This document shows, one piece after another, positions 38,181 through 52,379 of a stretch of 64,000 bases of DNA (the stretch's first letter is position 1; each line of letters starts with the position of its first letter). The stretch lies in assembly GCA_964270895.1 (NCBI GenBank), contig OZ185446.1; one strand, given 5' to 3'. The notes beneath the pieces were generated by a model. It searched no databases, had not been told where the DNA came from, and worked only from the letters and a program-made list of their open reading frames with translations. Source of the stretch: Podarcis filfolensis (Eukaryota). The position numbers and the translations under genes were made by a program.

Positions 38181-41100
38181 TGGCCTAGTATTTAGCCCTT
38201 GGCATAATTGGTTGCATCTGACTCATTGGATTGGTTCAGAAGGAACACAAACACATGGTTTGTTTTGCTTAACTATAGTTGGTTTCTACATGCAAACCCA
38301 GTTTGGGCAACCAGCAATAGTTTACTTGGGGGCATCAAACTAGGATCTGAAACCACAGTGTGAGTTTGTTCTCATCATGATTTCCTTCCCCTATTAACTT
38401 GGACAGCATCATAATTCTCCTGTAGCTTCATGCTTGTGACTTTTGCTTCCTGTCCCATCTTTGGACACTCCTCCTATTTTGGGGTCTGGTGCTGCTCATA
38501 TGTCTCCTAGCTTAACTGCTTTCACTTCTCTTCCCTTCCAGCTGAAACTAAATGTTTAAAAGTTAAGGAGGAAGACTGGCCCCTGCAATCATATATTTGC
38601 TGCTGGTCTTGGTCTTTCCAGATGCTGTTTCTGGGGTCTTCCGGAGATCACAAACACCTTAGTACTGACACTGGTATTTAGGAATCACTATTTGAAATTA
38701 ACAAATAATGTACCTTATGTCAAATATTTTGCCCAGCTAGATCTACCTTTGCTGGCTATAATGTGCTGGAACTTTGCTGGAGAAAATAGATGATAGCACT
38801 GAAATTTATAACAAGCCACTTTGTTATCTGTTTTCACTGATTTTTCATCCATATAAGAATAGATTCCTGCCACTTAGTGCTCTTAGTGCTTTGATTGGTA
38901 TGACACAACCGGCTCCCCTTTGTGCCTTCAGGTGCCACAACTATTTTGCGTTTTTAAAGATTCATAGGATTTTCCCAGATGGAAAGAATTCTATTTTTGT
39001 CAGTTCCATTTATGCCTTGTAGAAATCCCAATTAAAGAGAGGATTTATAGAAGATGACCGCCATCATGAACCATTTATTATGGAGTAATTTTGCTAAATT
39101 TGCCTGTCTCTCTCCTTTGCCCCTTGTTACTGCCTAAAATTCTGAACTGCTGATGTATTGGACTCTATTTGATTTGTAGTTAATGAGTAGTTTACATTAA
39201 TATGCGGGTGAAAAATAACTGTAATTTTATTCCCCGTCCATGGTTAAGTCTGGAAAATACTTTTATAGGAAAAGACCATGTAAACAGAGTGGTCCGGATG
39301 GTTTGTTTTGCTAAAGTGGTACCATATGTTTGTTGATTAACAAGTTGTCAGGATATTAGAAGTTCTTGGCTGCTTCTGTGGAGGAGCATCTGTTTTCTAC
39401 ATTCTTTTACCTAATTTGTATGAAGACTTTGCCAGATTGAAGGCTTTCCTGCATATCAGCCATACATTCCATGGATCTTTTTTGTCATTCTGTAGGCAGC
39501 TTCTGTTGTGTGTCACGAGGGCGGATATGTAGCCACATATCTCAGAAGCAAATGAAGAAAGATGGGAAAGGAGTACGGAGCAATGAGGAACTACATGAGG
39601 ACAAACTCATTGCCAATCAAAATTGCTCTTGCATTATCAGCTCTTATGTTGTATGCTTTCAATGTCAGCCAGCACAGAACCACAGTAACTAACAAAGGAA
39701 GACACTGAATGCAAACATTTAAGTTAGCTCCTCAGCTTGGACGACAGGATATACCAACAGGACTTTAAAATGAATGATATGTGTGCAATATCAATTAAAG
39801 GGCAAAAACACATACAAAGGATATGTGATAATTCTTCCCTTAAAGTTTCTAAGGCTTGCAGCCTGAGTAGTGAGAAGGTGACTCAGTTTGGTGTAGGCAC
39901 CTGCCTAACCCTTTATGGCCATGTCCCCTATGATTTGGCAGGATCCAGATATAGTTCAGAGCACTGGCTTCTACCCATAATAGTCATGTTCCACTTCCGC
40001 TATCAGAGGCCTCTGAATTCCAGTTGCTGGGAATCCCTAGTAGGATGAATGTTGTTGTACTCAGGTCTTCCTTGCAGACGTCCCCTAGGCATCTGGTTGG
40101 ACACTGTGAGAACAAACAGGATTGGGCTTCAAACAGTTCCCCCTCTTCATCAGCTATTATCAGGGAGAATTCTATGAAATCCATCCCCAGGTGGTTTTAC
40201 AGTCCAGTCAAAATGGCACACATTCAGGAAACAGGCAACAGGCTTTGCTTGCAGAATTGTGGCCCCATAGGGACATACGAGTATCTTTGGTGGTCCTTCC
40301 CAGCAGCTCATCCCTTGTGGTCTGCAGTATTTTCTGAAATTAACGTTTTTTTTTGTAAGATTGCACATGTGGACCTTGCCTTGTGTTTGTTGTCTATTTT
40401 TAAAGGGGCCAACCTTTTGTGTTGAAGCCTCTGGCTATTTACTCGTGGGTGACTGCCTAACTTGAAACTGCTAAGAATTGGAACAATGTCTTGAATGTCA
40501 CAGTGGACAGTTGGCTTAAGAAAATATTACACATTGTTATTCTGGAAAAGCTCACCCACTGCTTGAAAGTATTAAGTGGAAACTCAGAATCTGAAGATTT
40601 TGCAGCTGTTGGGTGGACTGTTATGACATATATGAACAATTTTTCCCATTTGAACCCTGTACTTGCCAGTTATTGGAACTTTTTATTACATCTACATACG
40701 TACAAATAGCTTGTCAAGCCCATTGTGTCTTATGATTGAAAACCTCTTGCCACCCATGTCCAGATGCCCCCATTTCTTCCTGCTTTTTCTTCGCCTCTTT
40801 CCACCCCTTCCTTACATGTGAACGGAAGAGCCAGTAGTCTGCATACTTTATGCTGTTGTTTTCATGTCTCAGTGGTTCGGGCCTGGTTAGTTTTGAGTTT
40901 GGAACCGTGCCTGTAGCTGAGCTTGATGGCTACCATGAAATGATAACCAGTATAGGGCCTGCCTGAGGTTTAAGGGACCATACTTTGGGTTTCTGTTGAC
41001 AAAAATCAAGATGGCGGCTAGCTTTTTTGAAAGACCTGCATTAGGTCAAGCCTTAATCCCTGAGGGGATTGTCTCCTTCCTCTCCCCCAGTTCTCCACAT

Positions 41101-42254
41101 CAGCAGCTGAGTTGGATATCAGGCAGTCTGTGAGTCCTTACTGCTGAAATGAAACTAGAGCTTGTTGACCTTTAGAGGGAAGTTCATGAAGACTTTTTGA
41201 ATATACAAGCAGGGAAAGGTCTTATTTATTAAAAAATAAAATCGAATGAAGAAGATGCAGTTTGTTACCTTTTTGGTTTTTATTACTTTTGCAGTTTTAT
41301 TACTTCTACCCCCACACCCTTGGGGGTTCTTTGGACTGAATGTTAAATATAAAATGTCAACTCACTGAGGCAAGCTAGCAGAGTCCTTTTTACAAGGATA
41401 GACACTGTTGTGCCCACGGGATACTGCCTGTCACTGCTTGCTGTGTCCCTGAACTTCCCTACTTTAAAGCTGGAGTGGCCCCTCTTCCTTGCTGCTTTTG
41501 ATAGAGTATCTAGCCTTATGTGACCGAAATTCTGGGAGTCAGTTGTTACACTAAGTAACCCAGTCAGGGGAAACAACAGATTGGAGCGGGGACTTAACTT
41601 TTATAAAATACCATGAGACAGCTTGGTTAACAAAGAGGGTAAAGGGAATTTCTTATGTATTCTGAAGGTTCGGAAGTTGGGATCTACTCCCGGTCCCTGT
41701 CAGACATTGAAGGAGAACAGGCTTCAGTCCAATAGAGGGCAGTAGCAGACAGGTTCATAAATCATTTCATTAAACATAATGCTGAATTACTGGGGTATTG
41801 CAGGTTGATGCACTTCTGAGCACATTTTTCTCTGTAGCCCGCAAGGAAAATGGAGGGTAATTAAGTTGTGTAAAGCTCTACCTTTGCAGCTGGAATGTCT
41901 GTTGGCGTCTTTGAATTCTGGGAAAGCATTTCCCAAAACAAAATAACAAAACAAAACACTAAAGGCTTCCTGTTGAAACAAATGTGGGTTGTGTTTGTTT
42001 GTTATTACATGGGCTAAAAGAGAAGTGTCTTTGTTCAGCTGATTTCCCCCCACTTTCATTAGCATGTTATTAGAAACACTGGAGGACGTTTTAATGCAGA
42101 TAGCAGTTGACTAATAGTTTAAAAAGTTGGGATTATGCAGGCTAGGTGATGGGGGGGGGTTACTTTCTTTTGTAAAAGAAGTGCATTAAAGTAGCCTGCC
42201 GCTGCTTCATTGTAAAGAGCAATATATGCAGAGCGAAATAAAGCAAGGTATGCC

Positions 42255-42745
42255 TGTATTAGCTACCCCTTCTAGTTTAATGTCATCTGCAGGTTTAATA
42301 AGCATCCCTTCTAGTCCTTCATCCAAGTTACATTTTGAACATATAAAAATGTTGAATCAGGACAGAACCTTGTGGCCCCCATTTGTTACTTTTTTCCAGG
42401 ATGACAATAATAATAATAATAACAATTTATTATTTATACCCCACCCATCTGGCTGGGCTTCCCCAGCCACTCTGGGCGGCTTCCAGCAAAATATTAAAAT
42501 ACTGTAATACATCAAACATTAAAAGCTTCCCTAAACAGGGCTGCTTTCAGAAGAAACTGTTAGTGAGCACGCTGAGTTTGGTCAGTGAACCAGTTACAAA
42601 TCCACCTAGCAGTAACATAGTCTAACCTACATTTTACCAGTTTCTCCACAAGGATATCATGGGGAACTTTGTGGAAAGCCTCACTGAAATCAAGATATGC
42701 TACATCCACAGCATTCCCCTGATCCACCAAGCTTGTAACTCTTTG
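42255..42745 (-). mobile_element. CR1 reverse-transcriptase fragment split by an L2 insertion
   Basis: Minus-strand RVTSLVDQGNAVDVAYLDFSEAFHKVPHDILVEKL...WICNWFTDQTQR resumes after the L2 piece as WKKVTNG.PQGSVL...FNIFI..LDEGLEGMLIKPADDIKLEGVANT. Confidence 0.88.
42406..42553 (-). mobile_element. L2 3' end nested in CR1
   Basis: Reverse complement of the tail at 47050-47200, including the TTA array. Confidence 0.8.
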
Positions 42746-44129
42746 ATGAACACATGGTAGTTAGGGATATGGCCATGGGGCATGATCCTATCCTACCTTC
42801 CATGCATCAGTTATTCCCAGTTCAGTTCTCTACACAGGGCACCTCTTTCTTTGTGATTTTTCTGTGGACGTGACTCACACAAAGTGCAGTCCATTTGAGC
42901 TCTTTTGATTTCAGTGGGAGAGACTTTAAGTATAAGCACTGATATTAAATGGGAGATCATATGCTTATCTTCCTCTTGCTTAAATCAGTGAGACTTAAAG
43001 TGCTGAACTTTGCTGGGTTCGTGTCCTGTGATTCCAGTAGAGTCTCATCCTGATACAATATATAGCTATCTGCAGTTACTTTTCCTGGCTTTCATCTCAC
43101 TTCAACCTTCAGATGACCCACTGAGTGTGAAAACAAATCAAAGCCTGAACAAAGTTAAGGTGTTATCTCGAGATAACTGGCTTTATAAACAAGACCTGTG
43201 GGATGAATTATTGAAGGCACTTTCCTAGACCATCTATAATGGTTGGTGAGCCCATATTTTGCAGGACACTTGGGTCTCTAGCTTAAGTTGATTCCATTAA
43301 AAAAAACAAAAACAAATGTATATTTTAGGGGTGCCTGATTACATAAAGTGTTTTCCCTATTTCTGTGGGTTCTTGTCTAGAAGACAGATTTTGCCGTTCC
43401 CATATCCTGTAACACCTCTTTGTGGAAAAGTTTTAAACTTTTATTTCTTTTAAATCTTCCGTTGTACCAAGACAAAGGTTTTGTCAAGGCAAGCAATACA
43501 CATTGTTTTATGTGCATTCTTTCCCACCTGCTGCCTTATTAAAAACCCAGTAACATGGCAACCGGTGTCTCTGGTTGTTTGAAAAGACAAGAAGAGTTTG
43601 AGTAAGCCTGTTTTGATCAAGCCAATCAAAATATTCTTCCAATAAGAGGGGGTGGCGAAACTTCTTTACTTTGTGTGGGTGTCAAATGAAGGGCTCATTC
43701 TGTTACCTTGAAAACTCTCCAGATGTACACAAACAGCTTTCCGGATTATCTGGGAAAGAAGGCCGGGAGTGGGTTAGGAATTCTGGGCGTGGAGGAACTC
43801 TTATGTGTAGCATTAAATTTGGGAGAGGTTTAACCTCCCCCCCTTTTTTAAAGTGCTCATGCTGAAAATGATACATGTACAATACCTTGGGTTTGTATGG
43901 GTTCAGAGAGAAAGTGTAAGCCATCATGCAATGTGACACTTTTCCAGAGCACCCTTTCACTTAGTTACTTGGCTTTGTCTATAGGTTTGCAAAGACTAGA
44001 GACCCACTGTAAATATTTGATAGGTTTTTGGGACCCAGGTACTAGTTTGGGCACCTTTTCCTATATAGATCAGTCTGGGCTCTGAGATCGGTGGGGGCGC
44101 TGACCCATTGGTGGGCATGGCTCGCTGTG

Positions 44130-44460
44130 CAGTGATGCAAGACATGGACTTCTATGAAGTAGCACCCTGCCTATGGAATTCAATCCCCTTGGAGATATCA
44201 ACGGCTACACCGTTATTAAGCTTCTGGTGCCTGATTAAAACACACTTGTTATCTCTGGCACTTGGAGAAAGTTAGTTGCAGTATTTCAAACTTGAGACCT
44301 TACGCCAGTCTGTTTGACTTGCTGACATTTCTCTTGCAATGGTTTCACACCGGATTTTATCTTATTGGCATGGGTTTGTTTCCTTTGTACTGTGTTTTTA
44401 GATAGCATGTTGTAAGCAACCTTGGGACCTTGTAACAAAGGACAAGGTGGTCTATAAATT
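44130..44460 (+). mobile_element. Old L2 3' fragment
   Basis: Peptide VAPCLWNSIPLEI...IKTHLLSLAL and a ttgtaagcaaccttggg-type tail. Confidence 0.6.
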
Positions 44461-44515
44461 TGGTTACTCTGTTAATTAAACAAACAAACATGCATGCATG
44501 CCTGCGGAGCAGGTA

Positions 44516-44749
44516 CAGTGGTACCTTGGTTCTCGAACGGCTTGGCTCCCGAACAAATCAGCTCCCGAACGCCACAAACCCGGAAGTGAGTGTTCTGGTT
44601 TGCAAGCATTTTTTGGAAGCCGAACTTCTGACGCGGCTTCCACCTGACTGCAGGAAGCTCCTGCAGCCAATCGGAAGCCATGCCTTGGTTTTTGAACGGT
44701 CAAATGGGACTCCCGGAACAGATTAAGTTCGACAAGCAAGGTACCACTG
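44516..44749. mobile_element. Tc1/pogo (Tigger-like) MITE, family B
   Basis: TIRs cagtggtaccttgg / gcaaggtaccactg with TA TSD. Related copy at 53116. Confidence 0.88.
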
Positions 44750-46302
44750 TAATGTACTGAGCACAGAGCTGTTGGGCTCCCTCTCTCCCTCCCCATGTGG
44801 TTTTCCCTGTTGGGATTGCCTCAGATCTCCTATCTTATCATATAATGAAAATGGGATATTTAAGTTTGGCACACAAAATGAGGAGAGAAGTGAATGTCTG
44901 CTATTTTTCCTTTGGTTTCCCCCATTGAGCAGCTTGTTCCAAAGAGAGGCAAAACAGCATTAAGGGTTTTGCTGCTTGCATGCTTGATGACCTGTTTCAC
45001 ACTGTGGCTCTTCTTCTGTATTTATTAGCTTTTGCTGACATTAACATTTTGGCCTAACATGCATCTATTCACCTGCAGTGTAGAAATGGCCCTTTGAGAA
45101 CAGAGACATTCTGCTTTCTGGGTGCACTAGCCGTATTTAAATGTCACTTTTAGCTCCTTTGGAAGTGGCGGGGGAGGAGCCGTGGCTCCCAGGGCTTTTG
45201 CGGGGAAATTTGTGACTTTCTGAAAGCCATGGCAAAGCTCTTGAAATTAAGGAAGAAGTAAATGACTTTTTACCAGAAATTTATTGTAAGTGGTAGCTGC
45301 AATTTTCTAAAGCATTTCATTTCGTTACTCTGATTTCATTAAACTTGGCTGTGTTTCAGTTCTTAATATTGGTGTATATGTTCAATACTGTTCACCTTAA
45401 TATTGCATGTTGCCTTGAGATTGTTGCTAGAAGGCGCCTAGGAAATCAAATAAAAATGATCATAATGATAATTTGAAACAATTAATTGAAGAGGTTATGT
45501 TTGTTTTAAATACAATGATACATAAATAAAACCTTAAAAGTGCAACTAGCTGAGCAGAAGCTGCAAGGCAGGGAATGCTTACTAGGAAGTAACTCCCACT
45601 GAGATAAGTAGAACTTTCTTTTGAGTAAATATACTTAAATTTGGATCCTAAGTTGAAGCAGCAGCATAATGCTTAGCAGGCGAAGGAGTCAGGAGAGAAG
45701 ATAAGAAAATGAATGTCAAGCTCTCTAAACCTTGAATTTCAATCCCTATATACTGCATACTTTAAAGAGAATAGATTAGGAGCAAAGAATTCTTAAACTG
45801 CATAAAAGAAGTTGCATTTATGACTCTGGTTTATTGAGCTGCCACCTCCTCCTAAATTAATTCATATTTTCTCATCACATCATGTGCGAAGCAGCCTGAT
45901 TTTTATCGCTCCTGACAACACCTCTGAGATTAAGTGGAAATTGGTCTGAACCTAAGTAAAAATCTATGGGAAGTTTGCACTGCCAAGGCCTACAAAGGGA
46001 CTGAAAATATACTCATTTGCAACAATGGAATATTTGACTCCATCCCAATGAATCTTTGGCTTGTCATAGATATTCCACTCACACATAAATGTGGAAAAGC
46101 TATTCTAAAAAGTGGTAGTGGCAAATAACTTTTCCTGTCGTATTGACATGAGCTGAATCTTAAATGGATGCTGCACACCTTATTACCCCAGTAAATTGTC
46201 TAATCTACCCTTTAAACATTTCCTTGTAATGTGCTAGTAGGATCAATCACTTCATATGACCACTATGTATCAGAATGAGCCCTTAAACTTAGGTGCAAAA
46301 TA

Positions 46303-46868
46303 CCGCATTGGCCCAAATATAAGCCGCACCCGCAAATAAGCCGCACCTTTAAAATTGAAGGAGAAAAAATTGAAAAGTTTAAAAAATTGAAAAATTTAAA
46401 ATTGAAAAGAAAAAAAAGGCAATACCCAGACTGCTTCTGGGGGGGGGGGGGGAGCTGCACTGCTTTGCCGGCGGCCTTCCCCTCTTCCACCTTCTTTCCA
46501 GCGGCTCGGGGGAAGCTTGGGAGCAGCGGGTGGGCTGCGTGCCATTGCCCCATCCTCCTGAGCTGTTCTTAGGGGGGGGGGAAGCCGCTTCTTTGCTGGT
46601 GACCTTCCCTTTCCCACGAAGGCTCTGGGGAGGCTTGGGAGTGGCAAGCAGGCTGCGCACCGTTGCCCCACGTTCTCAGGCTGCTCTTGGGGGGGGGAGG
46701 CCGCCGGCAGAGCGGTGCAGCTTGGGAGCGGAGGGCAATGGCACGCATGCTGCTCCCAAGCCTCCCCAGAGCCGTTGGGGGAAAGGGAAGGTCATGTATA
46801 TGAGCCACACTTTAACTTCTCGCTGTCAGAATTTGGAGAAAAAGTGCGGCTTCTATTCGGGCCAATAT
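46303..46868. mobile_element. pogo/Tc2-like non-autonomous DNA transposon with GC-rich internal repeats
   Basis: Ends ta-ccgcattggcccaaatataagccgcac / gtgcggcttctattcgggccaata-ta, with internal direct and inverted modules. Confidence 0.75.
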
Positions 46869-46887
46869 AATTGGCTCTGAGCAATCC

Positions 46888-47202
46888 ACAGAGACATTCA
46901 CAGAGGGGCTTCTGGTGGTTCCCGCACTGTGAGAAGCCAAGTTACAGGGAACCAGGCAGAGGGCCTTCTCAGTAGTGGCGCCCTCCCTGTGGAACGCCCT
47001 CCCACCAGATGTCAAAGAGAACAACAACTACCAGACTTTTAGATGATATCTGAAGGCAGCCCTGTTTAGGGAAGCTTTTAATGTTTGAGGCATTACTGTA
47101 TTTTAATATTATTATTAATATTGTGTTGGAAGCTGCCCAGAGTGGCTGGGGAAACCCAGCCAGATGGGCGGGGTATAAATAAATTATTATTATTATTATT
47201 AT
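46888..47202 (+). mobile_element. L2 3' fragment
   Basis: Peptide QGTRQRAFSVVAPSLWNALPPDVKE...LKAALFREAF, followed by the 3'UTR and a TTA tail. Confidence 0.88.
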
Positions 47203-48299
47203 TAATTCTACAGAGAAGTCAGCAATTAGCTGCATTAATTTACTAAACAATTTTGCAACTCTCTAGTTGGATTGCATCTGGGTTTCCCTCGATGCAATGA
47301 TTAAGAAGTGCTATTGATGAGTCACATCATACCTCCATTTCCGTAGTTGTATAGCACCCATCAAACACCTGCAAGTAGGCCACAAAAAGCTGGACTGTAT
47401 TGTCCTTCTGACTTTGTGGGTTTTGAACGGGAAGTGTCTGAAAAGCATCCTCTAAGATAATTAGTATGTAATGGCCAGGGGTTTGTAACTTTATAGCTCC
47501 TTGGGTCTTCTGATGTTGGCTCCTGCTAGCATTACAGAATGGGATTTATCCAGGATTGAATTTATGAACGACAATTCATCAAGAAACAAGACCTACCATT
47601 CTGTATCTTGGTTTAGCTATAATATAATTTTTCACTGGGAAATGGGCATCTTCTCTAGACAAATTGGTGTATCTGTTTTATTGCTTGTGCCTACTGTAGT
47701 GTCATGCACTTGCAGAATAGGTGCTGTTAAATAGATACATCTATATTCAGGGTATCCTCACTGTTTATAGAGAGGAGTCTAAAAATACTTTCATTTTCCC
47801 TGCTCAGTGGGATGTTCTGCTTCAGATGCTATAGAATGATGGGATTTAAATAGTTTTATGGCACTTCTCTGTGTTACACATGGGGTGAAAGGGAGAATAC
47901 CATGTATAATAGATGAACACTTCTGAATGCATTTAAACCATAGCAGGGTAGGGAATGATTTCAAAGTCTGATTTTTCAAACTTCTTGACCATTTCATTTC
48001 TACTTCCATTTAAACCTCTGCACCCTACAGTAATGCCTGGGGGTTCAATATATCTTTTCCACTTGCTTGTTAACGGAGCACACACTTTACATCCGATGGA
48101 AGCAGATGTGCATTGTAACTCCTTCCAAAGGCCATGCGTGGGAGCTCAGTGGCAACCCATATAGATGATTTGGGTATTACGCAGAAGGAGAGACTACAAA
48201 ACGACAAGTGACTTATATTCCTGTTTCTTTCTTTCAGCCCTTAAATAATTTTTATGTTAGGGAACCTGTAGCTCTGCAAAGCACAAATACTATTCTTGG

Positions 48300-48740
48300 T
48301 TTTATTTGTATCCCACCTTTCTTCCAAGAAGCTTAAGGCCCCCTGCCCCATTTTATTCCACTCAACAGTCCTATGAAGGAGGTTAGGTGGAGATATAGTG
48401 ACTGACCCAAGATTGACCCATTTGGTTTCCAAGCTGAATTGGGATTTGAACCTGTGTCTCCCTAGTTCCAGCTTGACACACTAACTAGGGCCGGGCGATA
48501 TATTGATATATCGTCCAAAACCGGTTTGAAGTCTATATCAGTTGCATTGTTTTTGACCTGGCAATATATTGTGAATCATGATGTGTGTGAGAGTGTGCTA
48601 TGCGAAAATCACAATGTGGAGAAAACCGCGAAGTCAGCCAATGCCTCTACATAGCTCCGTCCTTATTTAAGACATTGTGATATACCAGTATATTGTGATG
48701 TTTAGCTGATGATATATCGCCTTAACACTAACCACCACAA
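48300..48740 (-). mobile_element. MIR-derived (Squam3-type) SINE interrupted by a hAT MITE
   Basis: CORE-like body at 48300-48485. The head resumes after 48724 (acactaaccaccaca). Confidence 0.65.
48486..48724. mobile_element. hAT-type MITE
   Basis: Left TIR tagggccgggcgatat, damaged right TIR atatcgcc-tta, and an 8-bp TSD acactaac (48478-48485, 48725-48732). Confidence 0.78.
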
Positions 48741-49544
48741 CATGCTTCTTATCATGTTAGCTGTCAGTGTTCCTGTGAAGGGTATAGAAGGATTGTGACG
48801 CAGCCTGCACAATAAAAGTCCTGTAGAGATGACAGAGTCTGCGTGTTAGTACTGGATAGGAGCAGAACAGAGTGAATTCCAAGGACTAGCATTGTCCTAA
48901 GAGCCAAGACTGTTTGGTTAAAACAGGTACAAGTCCATGATTGAAAAGCAAGAGGCGATGTAAATTTGAACAGGATATGAGTACATCCATTGTAAGCTGT
49001 GGTTGCTTTCTCCCTAATCAGACAGTTTAATTATGGCATCAGCACAGTGTGGGAAGGATCAAACAGTCATTCTTTTTTCTTTTTTTTCTTTTGGAAGTTT
49101 ACCAAAAGGTATGGAGTGTGGGAGAAATCATGAAGTCTGTGTGTTTACAAGTGGGTGGAAGGTCAACAATGTCGTATTCTTTGAGTAGGTGGAGTTCATG
49201 CAGGCTGAGGAATGAGAAACAATGCTTCCCAAACAGAAGCCAGTTTGACTTTCCAGACAGGAATTTGACTGCTTCACTAACTTGAAGGACATAGTCTGCA
49301 ACTGTGTTTTCCTCTTAAAAATTCATAGTCGTTACTTATTTCCACTATGGTGTCCTCTGGATTGCTTCACCCAAGTGATTGATGTACTCAGAGGACTGGA
49401 ACTCTTAGAAAGAAGAACCTGGACTCAGATGATGCTTAGTAGATAACAAGGTTTATTTGGCTGTTCCCTACACGCAGACTTATGGGCTTCCTTCCAGAAT
49501 CCCCTTTCTGCCTACTGTAAGTCCTGGGACTGCTGACCCTAGAG

Positions 49545-49680
49545 CAGGCATGGCCAAACTTGGCCCTCCAAATGTTTTAAGACTACAGTTCCCATTATCC
49601 CTGACCACTGGTCCTGTTAGCTAGGGATGATGGGAGTTGTAGTCCCAAAACATCTGGAGGGCCAAGTTTGGCCATGCCTG
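49545..49680. mobile_element. Intact 136-bp palindromic hAT MITE
   Basis: Near-perfect hairpin caggcatggccaaacttggccctcca...tggagggccaagtttggccatgcctg with a perfect 8-bp TSD ccctagag. Degraded relatives lie near 1510, 13910, 21665, 23430, 26065, 52380, 55750, 58370 and 60590. Confidence 0.95.
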
Positions 49681-50744
49681 CCCTAGAGCATTCTGAGATC
49701 CTGATCTAAATCAATGGCATAAATGCATACCCAAGGCCTCCATTGTCTTGTTGCAAACCCTTCTGGTGGTCTCATGTCAACAGTGGCCGTGTCCAAGAAG
49801 TGGACGTGGCCACATTCACTTGCGCACACCTGTACTCCCTCCCCCAACATATCACAGTGCCTGCACACACTCTGCCCACAACAATTTCTCTCTAGTTTGC
49901 AGATCTGCCCATGGTCCTCTGAAGAAAGATTGGCTGCCCAGTGCTTCAAAATGTGAATACCGTAGGAAAGAATTGCGCCACTGGTTGGATTTTAAAATGA
50001 ATTTCCATTCCTGCATCTGAGGTTTCTTAGCCGATAGTTGAAGCAACGGGTAAATGCTGGAGGTCCTAGCCTGAGCATCCTCCTCCATACTTGTTTCCCA
50101 CCTGGGAAGAGCTTTTTTTCATTGGCTTCAGCGTTCTGCTTTCTTTAGTTGCCAAGAGTAAAAGGATGTGCTATGCAGCAAAAGGTCACTCCCCACCCCC
50201 ACCAAATCCCTACACTGTGCAATGATTAAGCTCATGTCTGGCAAAAGCAAAACTTAGCATAGCTTTGGCCCGTGTAATTGTAAAACGTTCTCAGCCACCT
50301 GCTGGCCCATGATCGGCACTAAATGGAAGCAGAAATCTAGCACACCAAATTGGTTAAATGAACAGAATAATGTGCTGCTTTGTTACATGCTGGGAGTTTG
50401 AAGGAAAAAATGAGGGGCGTTCAAAAATGTTTGTGCACACCCCACCTGCAGTCTGGATGGGATATTCTGGTCTAACATCTCAGGAGTCTGGCATCTCATT
50501 CTGCTGCTGCCTGTGTAGGCCAGGCCACTGTCACATCCTGTGATGGGGAGTTCCACAGTCACAGAAACTATCCTTCTGTTTGATGTAAACATGTCTTGCT
50601 AGTTCAGATATTCTGTCATATATTAAGGATGCTGGGCAATCAAATTAACCTGGTACAATTTAAAGAGCATTTAAGTTGCTTTTGCTTAATTCCAAAAGGG
50701 TCAACTGCAATGTGAAAAGGGGCTTAATTAATGAGAGTATGACT

Positions 50745-50905
50745 GTATATACATCACACATTTAAAGCCACCCCCCCAAAAAAAAAGAATCCTGGGAACT
50801 GGAGTTTATTAAGGGAGCTGGGAATTGTAGCTCTGCGAGGGGTGGATTACAGTTCCCAGGATTCTTTTTGGGGGAAATGTGCTTTTAAGTGTGCTTTAGA
50901 TGTAC
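50745..50905. mobile_element. Palindromic MITE-like repeat
   Basis: Inverted arms cccccaaaaa..aagaatcctgggaactg / cagttcccaggattctttttggggg. Confidence 0.6.
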
Positions 50906-52379
50906 AGCCGTGTACAAACAGCCTAGCTCTTATAATTCCAGGACTTGGTTGTCCAGAAAACTACAGTGTAAACTATGTTATTGTCTTACTATGGATGGCC
51001 TAATCATGGCACATTTATCAACAATGTTAACAACACTGAGACAATTTAGCAGTAGTCTCCAAAATGCACGTAAGTTGCAGGTAGCTATGCTGATGTGTTA
51101 GGGGGACAAATGAAAAAGTATTAGACCAACTAAAACATCACTGCTTTTAACATTTTAGTTAGTGCTAATAAAGGTATTTTTCTAGTGTTAACTGTGGAAG
51201 CTGTTTTAACATGGGTGGTAATACCAAGATGCCTTGTTTTGTCTTCATTTATATCAGTTATCAACCACCATTGATAATAAAATTGCATTAATTAATTGCT
51301 ACCTTTATAGTTCCTATCAAAATGCTTGCCCTACTTGATCATTAATTGTAGATACCATTAAAGGTGATTTAAAAACAACAAAACTAGCAAATGACTTAAT
51401 TAGAACAGCCCATTTGGTTTTAATGTTGATAATAACAGATTTAATTACAATGACCCAAGGAGTTGCTTTTTTTCTTTTGGTTCCAGAAATGAAGTGTTCT
51501 GCTCTGGAATCCCAGGCTTATTTCACTTCTTGACTGATGATCAACCACAGTGCTTGTCCATTTATTTTAAGCTATCAGACAAAGGAATACCAAGATATAT
51601 CAAAACAGGCCAAGTCTTGGCTGCAAGATCACAGTTGCTGTCGCATTGCTTTTATCAGCTGCTGTTTCTGACAAAGTGCCTGTGTATTTTCTGCTTTCAT
51701 TTTCTCAAGGAATTCTGCACACAATTCTTTTGAGTGGAACCGAAGAAACAAAGTAATACTATATGATGTGTGTTGAAAATTGATTAGTCAAAAGTCCAGA
51801 ATTTATACACTGGTGACATTTTTCTGCTTTGATGTCAGAGAGGGCAGAAAGTGCACATTCACCTCTCACTCTAACCTTCTGGAAAGCTTGTGCCAAATTT
51901 CAAACATCAATAAGGAGGTTATTTTTTTCAACAGAAAAAGAAATCTGAGATGTTACTTACTGTTTCAATTCAGATATCACACCAAACCATGATTTGCACA
52001 AACCACCATTCAGAACCTTAGCTATTATGCAGACAGAGCTGCTTGTTCTACATGTTTCTGTGGTGCGGTAGCACCCAGGGATGAAAACACTACCCTAATT
52101 ATGATTTCTCAGCGCAGGTATCATTCCTAACCATTGTTAGCATGAACCATAGCTTGCAAACCAAACGACGGTTTCTGATTCTGGTTTGGCAACTGGTCAC
52201 CATCAAGGAGTTCTCCGTTCAAATAGCGCACCATCCAGTAGTTAAATGAGATGTCGAGCTGTTATTTCCATCTGAGAAGCAATGATGCCTGTTAAGATCA
52301 TCACCCTGTGGGTTGAGTCAAAAGAAGATCTAAATTACTGGGCATGCTCATACCAAAGTAAACAATCCTTCAAATCTGG

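Noticed and set aside
41007-41018. Perfect YY1 motif caagatggcggc (also isolated AP-1 sites at 25953 and 54936)
   Set aside because: Isolated short motifs without supporting context cannot be distinguished from chance.
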